Shown here one piece after another: positions 1 to 9,836 of a DNA stretch of 64,000 nt; the first letter of the stretch is position 1, and each line of letters opens with the position of its first letter. A program made the translations under genes and the position numbers. Below the pieces are notes generated by a model. That model was not told where the DNA came from and ran no database searches. It was given only the letters and a program-made list of their open reading frames with translations. Origin of the DNA: Aquificaceae bacterium (lineage in GTDB: Bacteria; Aquificota; Aquificia; Aquificales; Aquificaceae); NCBI GenBank assembly GCA_037925075.1, contig JAXSNR010000001.1:96001-160000 (forward strand), in the 5' to 3' direction.

Positions 1-1
1 C

Positions 2-622
2 AGAATAACAAGGAATACATCCGTAGGTCCTGTTTTTAGCCTTCTCAAGAACGAGGTAGACGGGCAGAGGTATAACCTTAAAAAGTATGGAGTTTTTCTT
101 CTTAGGGAGTTCAAAGATGACCTTTTCTCACCAAGCAGAATACACTACGATAGCGTGAGCCTTAGCTTTGTGGAAGGCGATGCACGCTACGCAAAGTTTG
201 AGCTATCCACCTTCTATCTTATACCAATGCCAAAAGACCTTAAGCTTAGCTTCAAAGTGGCGGGAGGAGGAGTCTGGGGTGATGCACCCATATTTGACAG
301 GTTTTTCCTTGGAGGTCTCAAGGATTTAAGGGGATATTCCTTTGAAGAAGTGGGTCAACCCAAGGGTGGTAAGTATTACAGCTTTGGCAGGCTTGAATTC
401 ATACTTCCTTTCAAAGAGCCCTTTATAGGAGTTGTTTTTGCGGATGCTGGAAGTGTTGCGGACGGACCTAAAAACTTGCTTAAAGATATCAAAACGGATG
501 GGGGCTTTGCCTTAGGGATAAACACACCCATAGGACCCATTAGGCTTGATGTGGCTTTTCCCTTTGAGAGAAAGTGGCTCAGTAGGTTTAAAGTTTATCT
601 TTCTGTAGGCTATTACTACTGA
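2..622 (+). CDS. Omp85/BamA-TamA family outer membrane protein, C-terminal part (5' truncated by window)
   Basis: Frame is open from position 2; contains FFLGG..LRGY, GPIRLD and a terminal aromatic beta-signal (VYLSVGYYY). Confidence 0.85.
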   Translation, partial: RITRNTSVGPVFSLLKNEVDGQRYNLKKYGVFLLREFKDDLFSPSRIHYDSVSLSFVEGDARYAKFELSTFYLIPMPKDLKLSFKVAGGGVWGDAPIFDRFFLGGLKDLRGYSFEEVGQPKGGKYYSFGRLEFILPFKEPFIGVVFADAGSVADGPKNLLKDIKTDGGFALGINTPIGPIRLDVAFPFERKWLSRFKVYLSVGYYY

Positions 623-762
623 GGCTTTCTCCTTTCAATTTTTTGCTTGTACTCTTCTATCTTCTCCTTTCTGTGTTGAGGGTTTGAAAAGTAAAGGACG
701 CTTATCAAAAAGGATGCAAGGGAAAGGATAAGAAGTACAAAGAAGACAATAGCTTTTTTCAT
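616..762 (-). CDS. putative 48-aa single-pass membrane protein
   Basis: Hand-translated MKKAIVFFVLLILSLASFLISVLYFSNPQHRKEKIEEYKQKIERRKPQ; fills the gap between coxA and omp85; below the ORF-track cutoff. Confidence 0.45.
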   Translation of the reverse strand: MKKAIVFFVLLILSLASFLISVLYFSNPQHRKEKIEEYKQKIERRKPQ

Positions 763-768
763 GTTCTT

Positions 769-788
769 AAAAGGGGGTAGGAACCCCC
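769..788 (-). terminator. probable intrinsic terminator after coxA
   Basis: Minus strand GGGGG-TTCCTA-CCCCC-TTTT just after the coxA stop. Confidence 0.5.
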
Positions 789-794
789 AAGGTC

Positions 795-2414
795 TTATTG
801 CTTTTTGTGGTGTTTTTCAAGCCAATCGTAGTTGTAGGGGTCCCAGTCTTCTGGCATGTGCGGAATTTTATCAAAGTTGTGTGGAGGTGGTGGAGAAGGA
901 ACTAACCATTCAAGGGATGGGGATTGCCAAGGGTTGTCCTCCGCCTTTTTGCCGAACTTGGTAGAGAGTATGAGGTTTAGAACCGCCAAAGCTATACCTA
1001 TACCAAGTATCATAGAACCTATGGTTTGCAGTTCATGAAGCCTTATCCAGCTTTCTATGGGTGGGTAGTCCGCATACCTTCTGGGCATTCCCTCCAGACC
1101 CACTATAAACTGTAGGAAATAAAAGAGATTAGAACCTATCATGATAAGCACGAGGGCTATCTTAGCCCATAGCTCACTGTACATCCTACCCGTATACTTA
1201 GGATACCAGTAGTGAAAGCCACCAAAGACTGCGAGGGTAAGAGCCATACCAAGCACGTAGTGAAAGTGAGCCACAATAAAGTGAGAATCATGCACCGCTA
1301 TGTCAAAGGCTGGAAGACCAAGGGGTATTCCTGTAAGACCACCTATCAGGAACATAAATATGGCGGAAAGTATGTATAGCATTGGTGCAGTAAATCTTAT
1401 GGAGCCCTTATATAGAGTGAAGATCCAGTTGAATATTTTTATACCCGTTGGCACACCTATGAGAACAGTAGTGTAAGAGAAGATTATCCTTATCCAATCT
1501 GGCACACCACTGGTGAACATGTGGTGTATCCAAACCATAAAGCCAAGTATGGCTATGCCCCATATGGCAAGTATCATAGAGGTCCTTCCAAATATCTCCC
1601 TTCTTGAGAAGGTGGCTATTATCTCGGATATAACACCAAAGGCGGGTAGTATCATCACATAAACCACAGGGTGAGAATAGAACCAGAAGAGGTTTTGATA
1701 AAGCAGTGGGTCCCCACCCCTTGTGGGGTCAAAGAAGGCGGTGTGGAAATACTTATCCATAAGGAGCATGGTTACAGCACCTGCAAGGGCTGGCACACCC
1801 AGTATCTGGATTACGTTCATGGCAAGGAAGGCATGCAAGAAGAGGTTCATCTTCTTTAGAGTTATTCCCGGTGCCCTCATGGTGAGGTTTGTCACCACAA
1901 GGTTTATGGCAGCAGCCAAAGAGGAAGCACCTAGAAGATGAATGATAAGAACATAAAAGGCAACAGGTCCTGCGTTCTCGTTTAAAGAGAAGGGAGGGTA
2001 TCCTGTCCACATCATCCTTATGTGATTGCCCGGGAGAAGAGTGAGAAGAGCAAGCACGCTGGCGGCGAAGAAAAACCAGTAGCTAAGAGCGTTGAACCTT
2101 GGGAAAGCCACATCCCTTGCTCCTATCATAAGGGGCAAGAGATAGTTTCCAAAGGAGCTCCATATGGCAACAGCCCACCAGAACTGCATTAGAACTCCAT
2201 GCACTGTGAGAGCCTGGTTGTATGCGTCTTCTCCCATGTATTGAAGACCCGGTTGGTACAGCTCCATCCTTATGGCAAGAGCAGAAAGTCCGGCGATCAG
2301 GAAAAACACAAGACTAGTAACGCCGTACAATATGCCTATCTTCTTGTGGTCTGTGGTAAATATCCACTCCTTTAGTCCTGCACTGAAATACGGCCTGTAG
2401 CTTATCGCTGCCAT
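795..2414 (-). CDS. coxA: cytochrome c oxidase subunit I, A2-type
   Basis: DHKKIG start, WFYSHPVVY (YS motif of the A2 family), WIHHMF, VAHFHY, GMPRRY. Confidence 0.97.
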   Translation of the reverse strand: MAAISYRPYFSAGLKEWIFTTDHKKIGILYGVTSLVFFLIAGLSALAIRMELYQPGLQYMGEDAYNQALTVHGVLMQFWWAVAIWSSFGNYLLPLMIGARDVAFPRFNALSYWFFFAASVLALLTLLPGNHIRMMWTGYPPFSLNENAGPVAFYVLIIHLLGASSLAAAINLVVTNLTMRAPGITLKKMNLFLHAFLAMNVIQILGVPALAGAVTMLLMDKYFHTAFFDPTRGGDPLLYQNLFWFYSHPVVYVMILPAFGVISEIIATFSRREIFGRTSMILAIWGIAILGFMVWIHHMFTSGVPDWIRIIFSYTTVLIGVPTGIKIFNWIFTLYKGSIRFTAPMLYILSAIFMFLIGGLTGIPLGLPAFDIAVHDSHFIVAHFHYVLGMALTLAVFGGFHYWYPKYTGRMYSELWAKIALVLIMIGSNLFYFLQFIVGLEGMPRRYADYPPIESWIRLHELQTIGSMILGIGIALAVLNLILSTKFGKKAEDNPWQSPSLEWLVPSPPPPHNFDKIPHMPEDWDPYNYDWLEKHHKKQ

Positions 2415-2429
2415 GGTAGTGCACCTCCT

Positions 2430-3146
2430 TTAAAGGTTTTGTTTATTGGATTCATTGCTTGTTTGCATACCTTCCTTCATCCATCTTTCAAACTCTTCTT
2501 TTGGGACCACCTTTAGGACAGCCGCCATTTTGGAATGCTGAGTACCACAGTACTCCCTACAAAAGGTCCAGTAGTCGCCGGGCTGGTTTATCTGGAACCA
2601 AAGGTGAGTTATCCTTCCGGGGACGCAATCTTCCATAACCTTTGCAGGATGCACATAGAAGGAATGAAGCACATCTCTGGAAGTACAAAGCACTTTTACT
2701 GGTGTTCCCGCAGGAATATAAGCCTTGAACATGTCATTGACCTTGTCCGGGCTAAGGTATGCGTTAGTTTCTGGGTTTACAACACTGTTGAAAAAGGAGT
2801 AGACCTTTTTTCCGTTTGGATATTCAAATTCCCAACCCCACATGAAGGCGGTAACCTTTATCTCCATGGCACTCTCAGGCGCGGTTCTTTGCACCTTGTA
2901 AAAGGCAAAGCTATGCGTCGCCAAGTATATAACCACAATTGTGGGTATTATAGTCCAAAGGACTTCAAGGGCTTTGCTTTCATGCACATGTTGAGCCTTT
3001 TCGTTGGCCCCTTTCCTGTATCTGTACTTTATGAGGAAATAGGCTCCCGGGATGAATACCACAAGGTAGATGGCCACCGCCACAAAGAGCCAAATCTCGT
3101 ACATGGTCTGCCAGTAATTGGCAGGATAGGCAAGCACTTCCTTCAT
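2430..3146 (-). CDS. coxB: cytochrome c oxidase subunit II (CuA)
   Basis: Two TM helices, LEVLWT, DVLHSF and CREYCGTQHSKM CuA ligands. Confidence 0.96.
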   Translation of the reverse strand: MKEVLAYPANYWQTMYEIWLFVAVAIYLVVFIPGAYFLIKYRYRKGANEKAQHVHESKALEVLWTIIPTIVVIYLATHSFAFYKVQRTAPESAMEIKVTAFMWGWEFEYPNGKKVYSFFNSVVNPETNAYLSPDKVNDMFKAYIPAGTPVKVLCTSRDVLHSFYVHPAKVMEDCVPGRITHLWFQINQPGDYWTFCREYCGTQHSKMAAVLKVVPKEEFERWMKEGMQTSNESNKQNL

Positions 3147-3940
3147 GGGTGCACCTCCTTTCTATTCTTGTTGTATAAGTATGCAAGGGCAAAAGTGCCT
3201 AAAATACCAAATATGCCAACGCCCGCAAATATCAATGTTGGGTCTATAAGGTACCTACTTCTTGCATGGTCGTACCTATAACAGGCAAGAAGGGCAAGGT
3301 CCACAAGGTTGTTTATTGAGGGCTTTTCTCTTTTAGCATCCAAAAAGGCAAGGCTTACATCCCTGTCCCTGAGAAAGGCACCGTACAGATACCTCATCAT
3401 CTTACCATCTGGAGAAAGGAATATGGTTGCGTTGGGATGTATAAATATCTTGTCTCTGTCTATGAAGTAGAACCTGTATCCCACAGATTGGGTTATCTTT
3501 CTTATGTCTTCTTTTGAGAGAATGCCCACAAGCCAATTATCTGGCATATGAGTAGTGCCAAAGTTTTTTAGCATGAAGTTTTTCATAGTTTCAAGGTTAT
3601 CCCTTTCGTCAAAGGAAAGGACCACATATCTGTAATCTTTGGAGAGGTTTTCTGAAATCCTATATAGGTGCTGTGCGCTTATGGGACAGACTGTGTCGCA
3701 AGTGTAGTAGGCAAAGAGAAGGGCTGTGGGCTTCCCCTTTATAAATTCCACAAGGCTTGTCTCTCCCTTTAGGGTTTTTACTTTCACATCTGGCACCTGT
3801 TTGCCTATAAAGAGGTCTTCTTGAACCTTTACCACGCTAACATCCTGCTCTCCATAGTAGCTTGTGTATCTACCGTATTCATAGGGTTCTCTTGCAAAGA
3901 TTACGGATAACATGGCCAATAAAAGGAAAAAAAGCTTCAT
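3143..3940 (-). CDS. SCO1/SenC copper chaperone
   Basis: CDTVC (CxxxC) motif, conserved His (FIHP), C-terminal TM; lies inside the cox operon. Confidence 0.9.
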   Translation of the reverse strand: MKLFFLLLAMLSVIFAREPYEYGRYTSYYGEQDVSVVKVQEDLFIGKQVPDVKVKTLKGETSLVEFIKGKPTALLFAYYTCDTVCPISAQHLYRISENLSKDYRYVVLSFDERDNLETMKNFMLKNFGTTHMPDNWLVGILSKEDIRKITQSVGYRFYFIDRDKIFIHPNATIFLSPDGKMMRYLYGAFLRDRDVSLAFLDAKREKPSINNLVDLALLACYRYDHARSRYLIDPTLIFAGVGIFGILGTFALAYLYNKNRKEVHP

Positions 3941-4719
3941 GCCAAGCTACCTATTAGGTATGCACTGCTTGCCACAAGGAGCCACATTATATCCACAAAG
4001 TGCCAGTATAGGGTTATGGCTTTGATGTAAGTGTGTCCCTTATGGTTTCCAGCCTTGCCAGACAGTAAAAGGAACATAGCTACCAACATGGTAAGAAGAC
4101 CAACTACTATGTGAGAGGTGTGAATGCCTGTTAGCATGTAAAAGCCTGTCCCGTACATGTTTGAGCTAAGCGTAAAGCCCTCGTGCCAAAGGTGAAGCCA
4201 TTCCATCACGTGTATAACCATAAAGGCTGAGCCAAGGATCATGGTGAATAAGACAAAGATGGCAGATAGACCATTCTTACCCTTCTCAAAGAGCTTCTCC
4301 GCCATGGCCATGGTGGCACTAGAAGCCCAGAGGATGAAGGTAAGTATCAGAGGTATGGTGAGGTTCATACCCTTTGGAACCCATTGGGACCAAACCTCTG
4401 CATGGGTAGCCCTTGCCATGTAGAAACCCGCAAACATGGTCCCAAATATGACCACTTCGGACACTATAAAGAACATCATCGCGGGCATACCAAGCCCCTC
4501 TTCATGACCTTTGGAGAAGAACTCCTGTACCCACCCTGCAATACCGAGCACAAAGAGCACAAGACTGATACCACCAAAAACAAGAGCCAGCATAGGCTTT
4601 TGCCAAACCATAAGGGCTATAAAGGTGAGAGGAACCAGCAAGACCGCAATACCTACGGGTAGGGGCCAGTAGCTATACTCGTGCTCTCCAAGATGGTGGT
4701 GCACCTCGTGCTGTGTCAT
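3937..4719 (-). CDS. coxC: cytochrome c oxidase subunit III
   Basis: SYWP, FIVSE, TGIHTSH, YWHFVDIMW motifs. Confidence 0.95.
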   Translation of the reverse strand: MTQHEVHHHLGEHEYSYWPLPVGIAVLLVPLTFIALMVWQKPMLALVFGGISLVLFVLGIAGWVQEFFSKGHEEGLGMPAMMFFIVSEVVIFGTMFAGFYMARATHAEVWSQWVPKGMNLTIPLILTFILWASSATMAMAEKLFEKGKNGLSAIFVLFTMILGSAFMVIHVMEWLHLWHEGFTLSSNMYGTGFYMLTGIHTSHIVVGLLTMLVAMFLLLSGKAGNHKGHTYIKAITLYWHFVDIMWLLVASSAYLIGSLA

Positions 4720-4819
4720 TTTTTACCTCCTTTTAGGCTTATAAGCATGAAAAATATTATCAATTCCACTTGCAAACAATCAACCACAATTACTTATAGC
4801 AACATAATAAAAGCTTATA

Positions 4820-5719
4820 CTACTTGAAGGACATCTCCTTTATCTTCTCTCTCTCCTCTTTCCAGCTGAGCCTTCTTTGTACACTGACCACAAGGCTACT
4901 TACTTCCTGCCAAGGAAGGTCCATGTAGGTGGGAACCCCATATACAAGGGCGTTCTTTGCCTGATAGGAGAGGACTTTGACCACCCTTGAGGATTCACCT
5001 GTGGGTAGGACCGCATCCACTATGATATAGATTTTTGGGTCTCCTTGGTCTGCGGTGGGAAGGTTGTGGGGGATGCCCACGTTGGTTATTTTTAGCCTAA
5101 GCTTTTCACCTCTTTCTAACTGAATTTCTATATCCTCAGACTTTGCCATACCCGTTGGAAAGCTATGGTCATGTCTGGGCTTTTTGCTGTGGAAGTATTC
5201 GAAGGGAAACTTTTGCACAAGCCTTTTATCACCAAGAGAGGACATGTGGCAATCTTGACAGGATTTTTGAACCTTTGTCAGATGCCATTCTTTGTAAGTC
5301 TCCTGATGGCATCCCGCACAGAAAAAGGACTTAGCGTAGTTTAGGTCCTGCCTTGATGGATGAGGAGGCGACCATACCTTATGTGGTCCATGCATGGCCT
5401 TTGTTTGCTCCTTAAAGTGGCAAGCAATACAGGAGACACCATCATCCCTGAACTCAACCCTAAGGGTTGGTTTTACCTCTGGGTCAACCTGATGGGGTGC
5501 GTGGCAGGAAAGACATTTTGTTTTTGTATAACTCTCACTTTCAATCTTAAACCTCTCGCTTTTCCATGCCATGGCGTGCCTACTCTTTTCCCACTCTTTA
5601 AATATCTCCGCGTGGCAATCAGAACACCTCTTTGCCTGTGGCCTTTGGAGTAGGTCTTTTTCTACAAACACATCTCCACAGGAACTAATGAAAACAAGAA
5701 ACAAAAAAAGGACTTTCAT
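4820..5719 (-). CDS. pentaheme c-type cytochrome, probable lipoprotein
   Basis: Five CxxCH (CSDCH, CLSCH, CIACH, CAGCH, CQDCH); signal ending ISS-C; C-terminal HNLPT domain. Confidence 0.85.
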   Translation of the reverse strand: MKVLFLFLVFISSCGDVFVEKDLLQRPQAKRCSDCHAEIFKEWEKSRHAMAWKSERFKIESESYTKTKCLSCHAPHQVDPEVKPTLRVEFRDDGVSCIACHFKEQTKAMHGPHKVWSPPHPSRQDLNYAKSFFCAGCHQETYKEWHLTKVQKSCQDCHMSSLGDKRLVQKFPFEYFHSKKPRHDHSFPTGMAKSEDIEIQLERGEKLRLKITNVGIPHNLPTADQGDPKIYIIVDAVLPTGESSRVVKVLSYQAKNALVYGVPTYMDLPWQEVSSLVVSVQRRLSWKEEREKIKEMSFK

Positions 5720-5736
5720 TTTCCCCTCCTTGGATA

Positions 5737-5742
5737 TATAAT
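5737..5742 (+). promoter_or_regulatory. -10 box for tRNA-Phe
   Basis: TATAAT 12 nt upstream of the mature 5' end. Confidence 0.5.
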
Positions 5743-5754
5743 ATTAACCTTGCA

Positions 5755-5827
5755 GGCCCGGTAGCTCAGTTGGTAGAGCACCCGGCTGAAAACCGGGGTG
5801 TCGGCGGTTCGACCCCGCCCTGGGCCA
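5755..5827 (+). tRNA. tRNA-Phe(GAA), CCA not encoded
   Basis: Acceptor GGCCCGG/CTGGGCC-A, D arm TAGCTCAGTTGGTAGAGC, anticodon CCCGG-CTGAAAA-CCGGG, T arm GGCGGTTCGACCCCGCC; followed by CTT. Confidence 0.97.
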
Positions 5828-6731
5828 CTTTCAAAAGCTCAACCCTTACCCTGTAGTCAATTAGTATCTCAATAGGCTTGCTTTTAAGCTCTGGATCAAG
5901 GAAGGGAATGGCATAGGGAGAGGTCTCTAACTTAAGCTTTTCCTCAGGAGAAAGAAGGTCCTCACAGCTTAGGCATGCTCCTGTGCCACCCCTTTTTCTT
6001 CCAACGCTCCTTGTGGAGAAGATCCCAAAGCCCAATTGCCTGAGTGCTTTTCTAATAGGTAAGGATGAGGTATAGGATACCCAAACACCCTTTTGGTCCA
6101 TAAGCCTTTTCACTTGAGAAAGAAACTGAAGGCTCCAAAGCTCTGGATTTCTGTAGGGAGAAAAGCCGTCATGAAAGACCGCATGAGCGTAAAACTCGGA
6201 AACTTCCAATATCTTCTCTCTCGCATCTCCAAGGTACAGCTTGAAGGAAATACCATTCTTTTCAAACTCAGGAAGGTTATCCCATAAGAGCCTGTGCAAG
6301 GCTTTAAACTCGTCAGGGAGTGGAGGCACCACCTGTGGCAGTTCCTTTTCAAAGGAGATGACCCTAAACTGTACCTTAGGGTTTATTTCCCTTAGCTTTT
6401 TTATGGCAACAGCCACATTGTAGCCAAGTCCAAAGCCTATATCCAAAAGGGTTATCTCCCTTTGGTGGCTTGCCTTATTAAGAAGCCCGGAGGGTTCAAG
6501 GAACTTTTCAAGGCACTCTCTCACTGAGCCCGCAAACACGCTATGGTATGGCTCGCCGTAGGTGGGATGGATGAGGGTGTAGTCGCCCGCCTGAGTTTGA
6601 AGGACACCCTTAGCCCTAATGGAAGGGCTTAACCAAGCTTTAAGCTCTGTAAGTACAGCCCTTATGCCTTTTTCTGATAGCTCAATTCCCCTTAATCTCA
6701 TGTATTCCTCTAACAGGTCTCTCAGGTCCAC
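5766..6731 (-). CDS. mnmD: MnmD/MnmC2-type (DUF752) tRNA mnm5s2U34 methyltransferase
   Basis: YGEPYHS, DIGFGLGYN (SAM motif), FHDGFSPYRNPELW. Confidence 0.88.
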   Translation of the reverse strand: MDLRDLLEEYMRLRGIELSEKGIRAVLTELKAWLSPSIRAKGVLQTQAGDYTLIHPTYGEPYHSVFAGSVRECLEKFLEPSGLLNKASHQREITLLDIGFGLGYNVAVAIKKLREINPKVQFRVISFEKELPQVVPPLPDEFKALHRLLWDNLPEFEKNGISFKLYLGDAREKILEVSEFYAHAVFHDGFSPYRNPELWSLQFLSQVKRLMDQKGVWVSYTSSLPIRKALRQLGFGIFSTRSVGRKRGGTGACLSCEDLLSPEEKLKLETSPYAIPFLDPELKSKPIEILIDYRVRVELLKVAQGGVEPPTPRFSAGCSTN

Positions 6732-6810
6732 AGTGTAATAAATCTAAATGACATTCTTGTGGTGTCAGGCGGAAGTTAGAAGATAGGGGTTCTATGATAA
6801 TATAACAGGG

Positions 6811-7917
6811 ATGCGAAAGCTACTTATTGCCCTTGTTTTTGTGCTGGTCGCGGTTCTGGTGCTTTTGTTTGCCATAAGAGGCAATAAGGTAAAGTATGCG
6901 GTGGCAAAGGAAGAGGAGGTATCAACCCTTGTTTATGGTTCTGGCTATGCGAGGGCAAGTCAGTATTCTGTGGTTAAGGCGGAAGTTTCTGGATATGTAA
7001 GCCAGATATTTGTAAAGGAGGGGGACTATGTAAAAAAGGGGCAGGTGCTTGCCCTGATGGACGCAAAGACCATAGAAGCCAGCATAAGGGAGGTTTCAGA
7101 AAGGATAAACCTTGTGCGTGAAAGGCTAAAAAAAAACTCACCCTATCTGAAAAGCCTTGAAAAGGCAATGGAGCAAGCCTATACAAACATGGAAAACAGC
7201 AAGAGACTCTTTGAAAGAAGGGAAAGGCTCTTTTCTCAAGGGCTTATACCAAAAGAAGCCTACGAGCAAAGCAGAACCCAATACGAGTTAAGCCTAAAGG
7301 AGTACGAAAGGGTAAAGAGCGGTTATGAGGATGCGGTAAAGACTCTCAAGTACGAAGAAAGAATTCTATCTGCGGAAAGGGAAAGGCTTTTGAGAGAAAG
7401 GGAGAAGTATGTTATAAAAAGCCCTATAGAGGGTTATGTACTTAAAAAGTTTGTGGAGGTGGGGGACTTTATAAACCATCTCAGTCAAGAAAACAAACTT
7501 TTTTCCATAGGCTCAAAGGATTGGGAGGTTTGGCTTGAGGTGGATGAGGAGTACGCGGGCATGCTAAAAGAGGGACAAAGGGTTATCCTTAGGCTTGACG
7601 CCTATCCCAATGAGAGGTTTGAAGGCAGAGTTATTCAGGTTATAAGAGAGGTAGACAGAAGTAGAAAGCTTATAACGGTAAAGGTCAGTGCGGAACTTCC
7701 AGAGGACCTGCCCAACGGCTCCACCGTAGATGGTCAGATAGAGGTGGAAAGGAGAAAGGCTCTTCTTATACCAGCCATTGCCTATAAGGATGGTTATGTG
7801 CTTTTGTACGATGGGGTAAGGAAGGTCAAAGTACCCGTAAAGGTAGGTAAAAAATATGGAGAATACCTTGAGGTAATGGAGGGGCTAAAGCCGGGAGATA
7901 GGGTAATACTACCATGA
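6811..7917 (+). CDS. membrane fusion protein (MacA/HlyD-like adaptor)
   Basis: N-terminal TM, lipoyl halves VKEGDYVKKGQ / IKSPIEG flanking a coiled coil, GLKPGDRV. Confidence 0.9.
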   Translation: MRKLLIALVFVLVAVLVLLFAIRGNKVKYAVAKEEEVSTLVYGSGYARASQYSVVKAEVSGYVSQIFVKEGDYVKKGQVLALMDAKTIEASIREVSERINLVRERLKKNSPYLKSLEKAMEQAYTNMENSKRLFERRERLFSQGLIPKEAYEQSRTQYELSLKEYERVKSGYEDAVKTLKYEERILSAERERLLREREKYVIKSPIEGYVLKKFVEVGDFINHLSQENKLFSIGSKDWEVWLEVDEEYAGMLKEGQRVILRLDAYPNERFEGRVIQVIREVDRSRKLITVKVSAELPEDLPNGSTVDGQIEVERRKALLIPAIAYKDGYVLLYDGVRKVKVPVKVGKKYGEYLEVMEGLKPGDRVILP

Positions 7918-9134
7918 GGCACATACTCTTTGTGTCTTTAAAGTTTCTTTACGAAAGAAAAAGGCAGACAATCATATCCGTGTTGGGAGTTTCCATAGGT
8001 GTTTCCGCCTTTATAGTTATGAGTTCCCTTATGCTTGGCTTTCAAAACTACTTTATACAGCAGGTTATAGACCTTGAGCCCCATATTAGGATAAAGCCAA
8101 GGGAGGAAAAACAAAGCACAGAACCCTTTTCTCTTTTGCTTGGTGAAAAGCCCGTAGAAAAGGACAGGATACTGGGATGGCAGGATATGGTGCAAAACCT
8201 TGAAAAACATCCGCATGTGCTTGGTGTGGCACCAAGGCTTGTAAGCAGAGGAATTTTAAAGTACGGAGTGAAGGAAAAACCGATAACCCTTTTGGGCATT
8301 GACCCACAGAGAGAGCCAAAAGCGTCCATAATAGAGAAGTTTTTGGTGCATAAGAACCTAAAAAAGCTTGAAACCAACAAAACGGGCCTTATCGTAGGTG
8401 TCCTTGTGGCAAAAAGCCTTGGCATAAAAGATTTGGGCAAAAAGCTTTTGCTTGTGGCACCCAACGGACAGACCCTTCTGGTCACGGTGGAGGACTTTTT
8501 TGAGTCGGGCATTACCAACATAGATGATGCGAGAGTTTATATAAACATAAAGACACTTCAGAGCCTTTTGAACAAGCAGGGAGAGGTCAATGAGATAATT
8601 CTAAAAATAAGGGATGTGAATATGGCGGAAAGGCTATCAAGGGAGTTTCAAGAGCTTGTGCCTTACGAGGTGGAAAGCTGGCAGAAGGCTTACAGAAACT
8701 TTTTGAGCATATTCAAAATACAAAACATAATAACCTACATGATAGTCTTTGCCATACTTACAGTTTCCGCCTTTGGAATTTTTAACATCATAATGATGAC
8801 GGTTTTGGAGAAGAAAAGGGATATTGCAATACTTATGGCCATGGGTTTTTTGCGTAAGGACATACTTCTTATATTTATGGTGGAAGGCTTTGTGGTGGGT
8901 GTATTGGGTGCGGCCTTTGGCTCTATAATAGGATTTGGAATTCAGGAGTATCTTGAGTCTGTTAAGCTTGATGTGGAGGGGCTCATAAGGACAAAGGGCT
9001 TTGTGCTTGACAGAAGCCCTATCTTTTACTTTTACGCTTTGGTTTTTTCTCTCTTTTTCTCCCTTTTGGCAAGCCTTTATCCTTCTTACAGGGCAAGCAG
9101 GCTAAACCCTGTGGATATCTTTAGAAGCCAATGA
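7914..9134 (+). CDS. ABC transporter permease, LolC/E-MacB (FtsX) family
   Basis: TM-periplasmic-3TM topology, EKKRDIAILMAMG, PSYRASRLNPV. Confidence 0.9.
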   Translation: MRHILFVSLKFLYERKRQTIISVLGVSIGVSAFIVMSSLMLGFQNYFIQQVIDLEPHIRIKPREEKQSTEPFSLLLGEKPVEKDRILGWQDMVQNLEKHPHVLGVAPRLVSRGILKYGVKEKPITLLGIDPQREPKASIIEKFLVHKNLKKLETNKTGLIVGVLVAKSLGIKDLGKKLLLVAPNGQTLLVTVEDFFESGITNIDDARVYINIKTLQSLLNKQGEVNEIILKIRDVNMAERLSREFQELVPYEVESWQKAYRNFLSIFKIQNIITYMIVFAILTVSAFGIFNIIMMTVLEKKRDIAILMAMGFLRKDILLIFMVEGFVVGVLGAAFGSIIGFGIQEYLESVKLDVEGLIRTKGFVLDRSPIFYFYALVFSLFFSLLASLYPSYRASRLNPVDIFRSQ

Positions 9135-9787
9135 AACTGATAGAGCTAAAAGGTGTTAAAAAGTCCATAGGTCAGGAGCATATACTTAAAGGTGTAGATT
9201 TTGGAGTGTATGAAGGGGAGTTTGTTGCCATAATAGGTGCCAGTGGATCGGGAAAAAGCTCCATGCTTTACATTATGGGGCTTCTCGACAGACCCACAGA
9301 GGGTGAGGTCTTTTTTGAGGGTCAAAGGGTGGAATTTTCCGACGAGAAAAGGCTTTCGGAGATAAGAAACAAAAAGATAGGCTTTGTATTCCAGTTTCAT
9401 TATCTCATATCAGAGTTTAACCTTTTGGAGAACGTTATGCTACCCGCCATAAAGATGGGCATGGAAAGGGATAAGGCGGAGGAGAGGGCTTATGAACTTC
9501 TCAAGAAGTTGGGACTTGGAGGGAAAGAAAAGAGGAAGATTTATCAGATCTCCGGCGGGGAGATGCAAAGGGTCGCCATAGCAAGAGCTTTGATGAACAA
9601 ACCCTCTGTAATACTTGCGGATGAGCCCACGGGAAACTTGGACAGCAAAAACACTCAAAGGGTTATGGAAATCTTCCAAGAGATAAACTCGGAGGGAACT
9701 ACCATAGTGATGGTCACCCACGAACTTGAACTTGCCAAGCTTTCGCACAGGGTGGTGGAAGTTAAAGATGGTGAGATTTTAAGATAA
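9131..9787 (+). CDS. ABC transporter ATP-binding protein (LolD-like)
   Basis: GASGSGKS, ISGGEMQR, ILADEPTGNLD. Confidence 0.93.
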   Translation: MKLIELKGVKKSIGQEHILKGVDFGVYEGEFVAIIGASGSGKSSMLYIMGLLDRPTEGEVFFEGQRVEFSDEKRLSEIRNKKIGFVFQFHYLISEFNLLENVMLPAIKMGMERDKAEERAYELLKKLGLGGKEKRKIYQISGGEMQRVAIARALMNKPSVILADEPTGNLDSKNTQRVMEIFQEINSEGTTIVMVTHELELAKLSHRVVEVKDGEILR

Positions 9788-9807
9788 GAGAATAAAAAAA
9801 TTAACTA

Positions 9808-9836
9808 TTGACAAATGATATATATTAGCTTATAAT
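9808..9836 (+). promoter_or_regulatory. perfect sigma70 consensus promoter of the molybdoenzyme operon
   Basis: TTGACA-17 bp-TATAAT; SD GGAGGAGG before the ATG at 9871. Confidence 0.8.

Noticed and set aside
5755..5830. tRNA as integration site of a mobile element
   Set aside because: No integrase and no duplicated tRNA 3' end noticed in the window
7914..9787. Calling the ABC genes lolCDE or macB
   Set aside because: A linked membrane fusion protein argues against Lol, and substrate cannot be inferred; left without symbols
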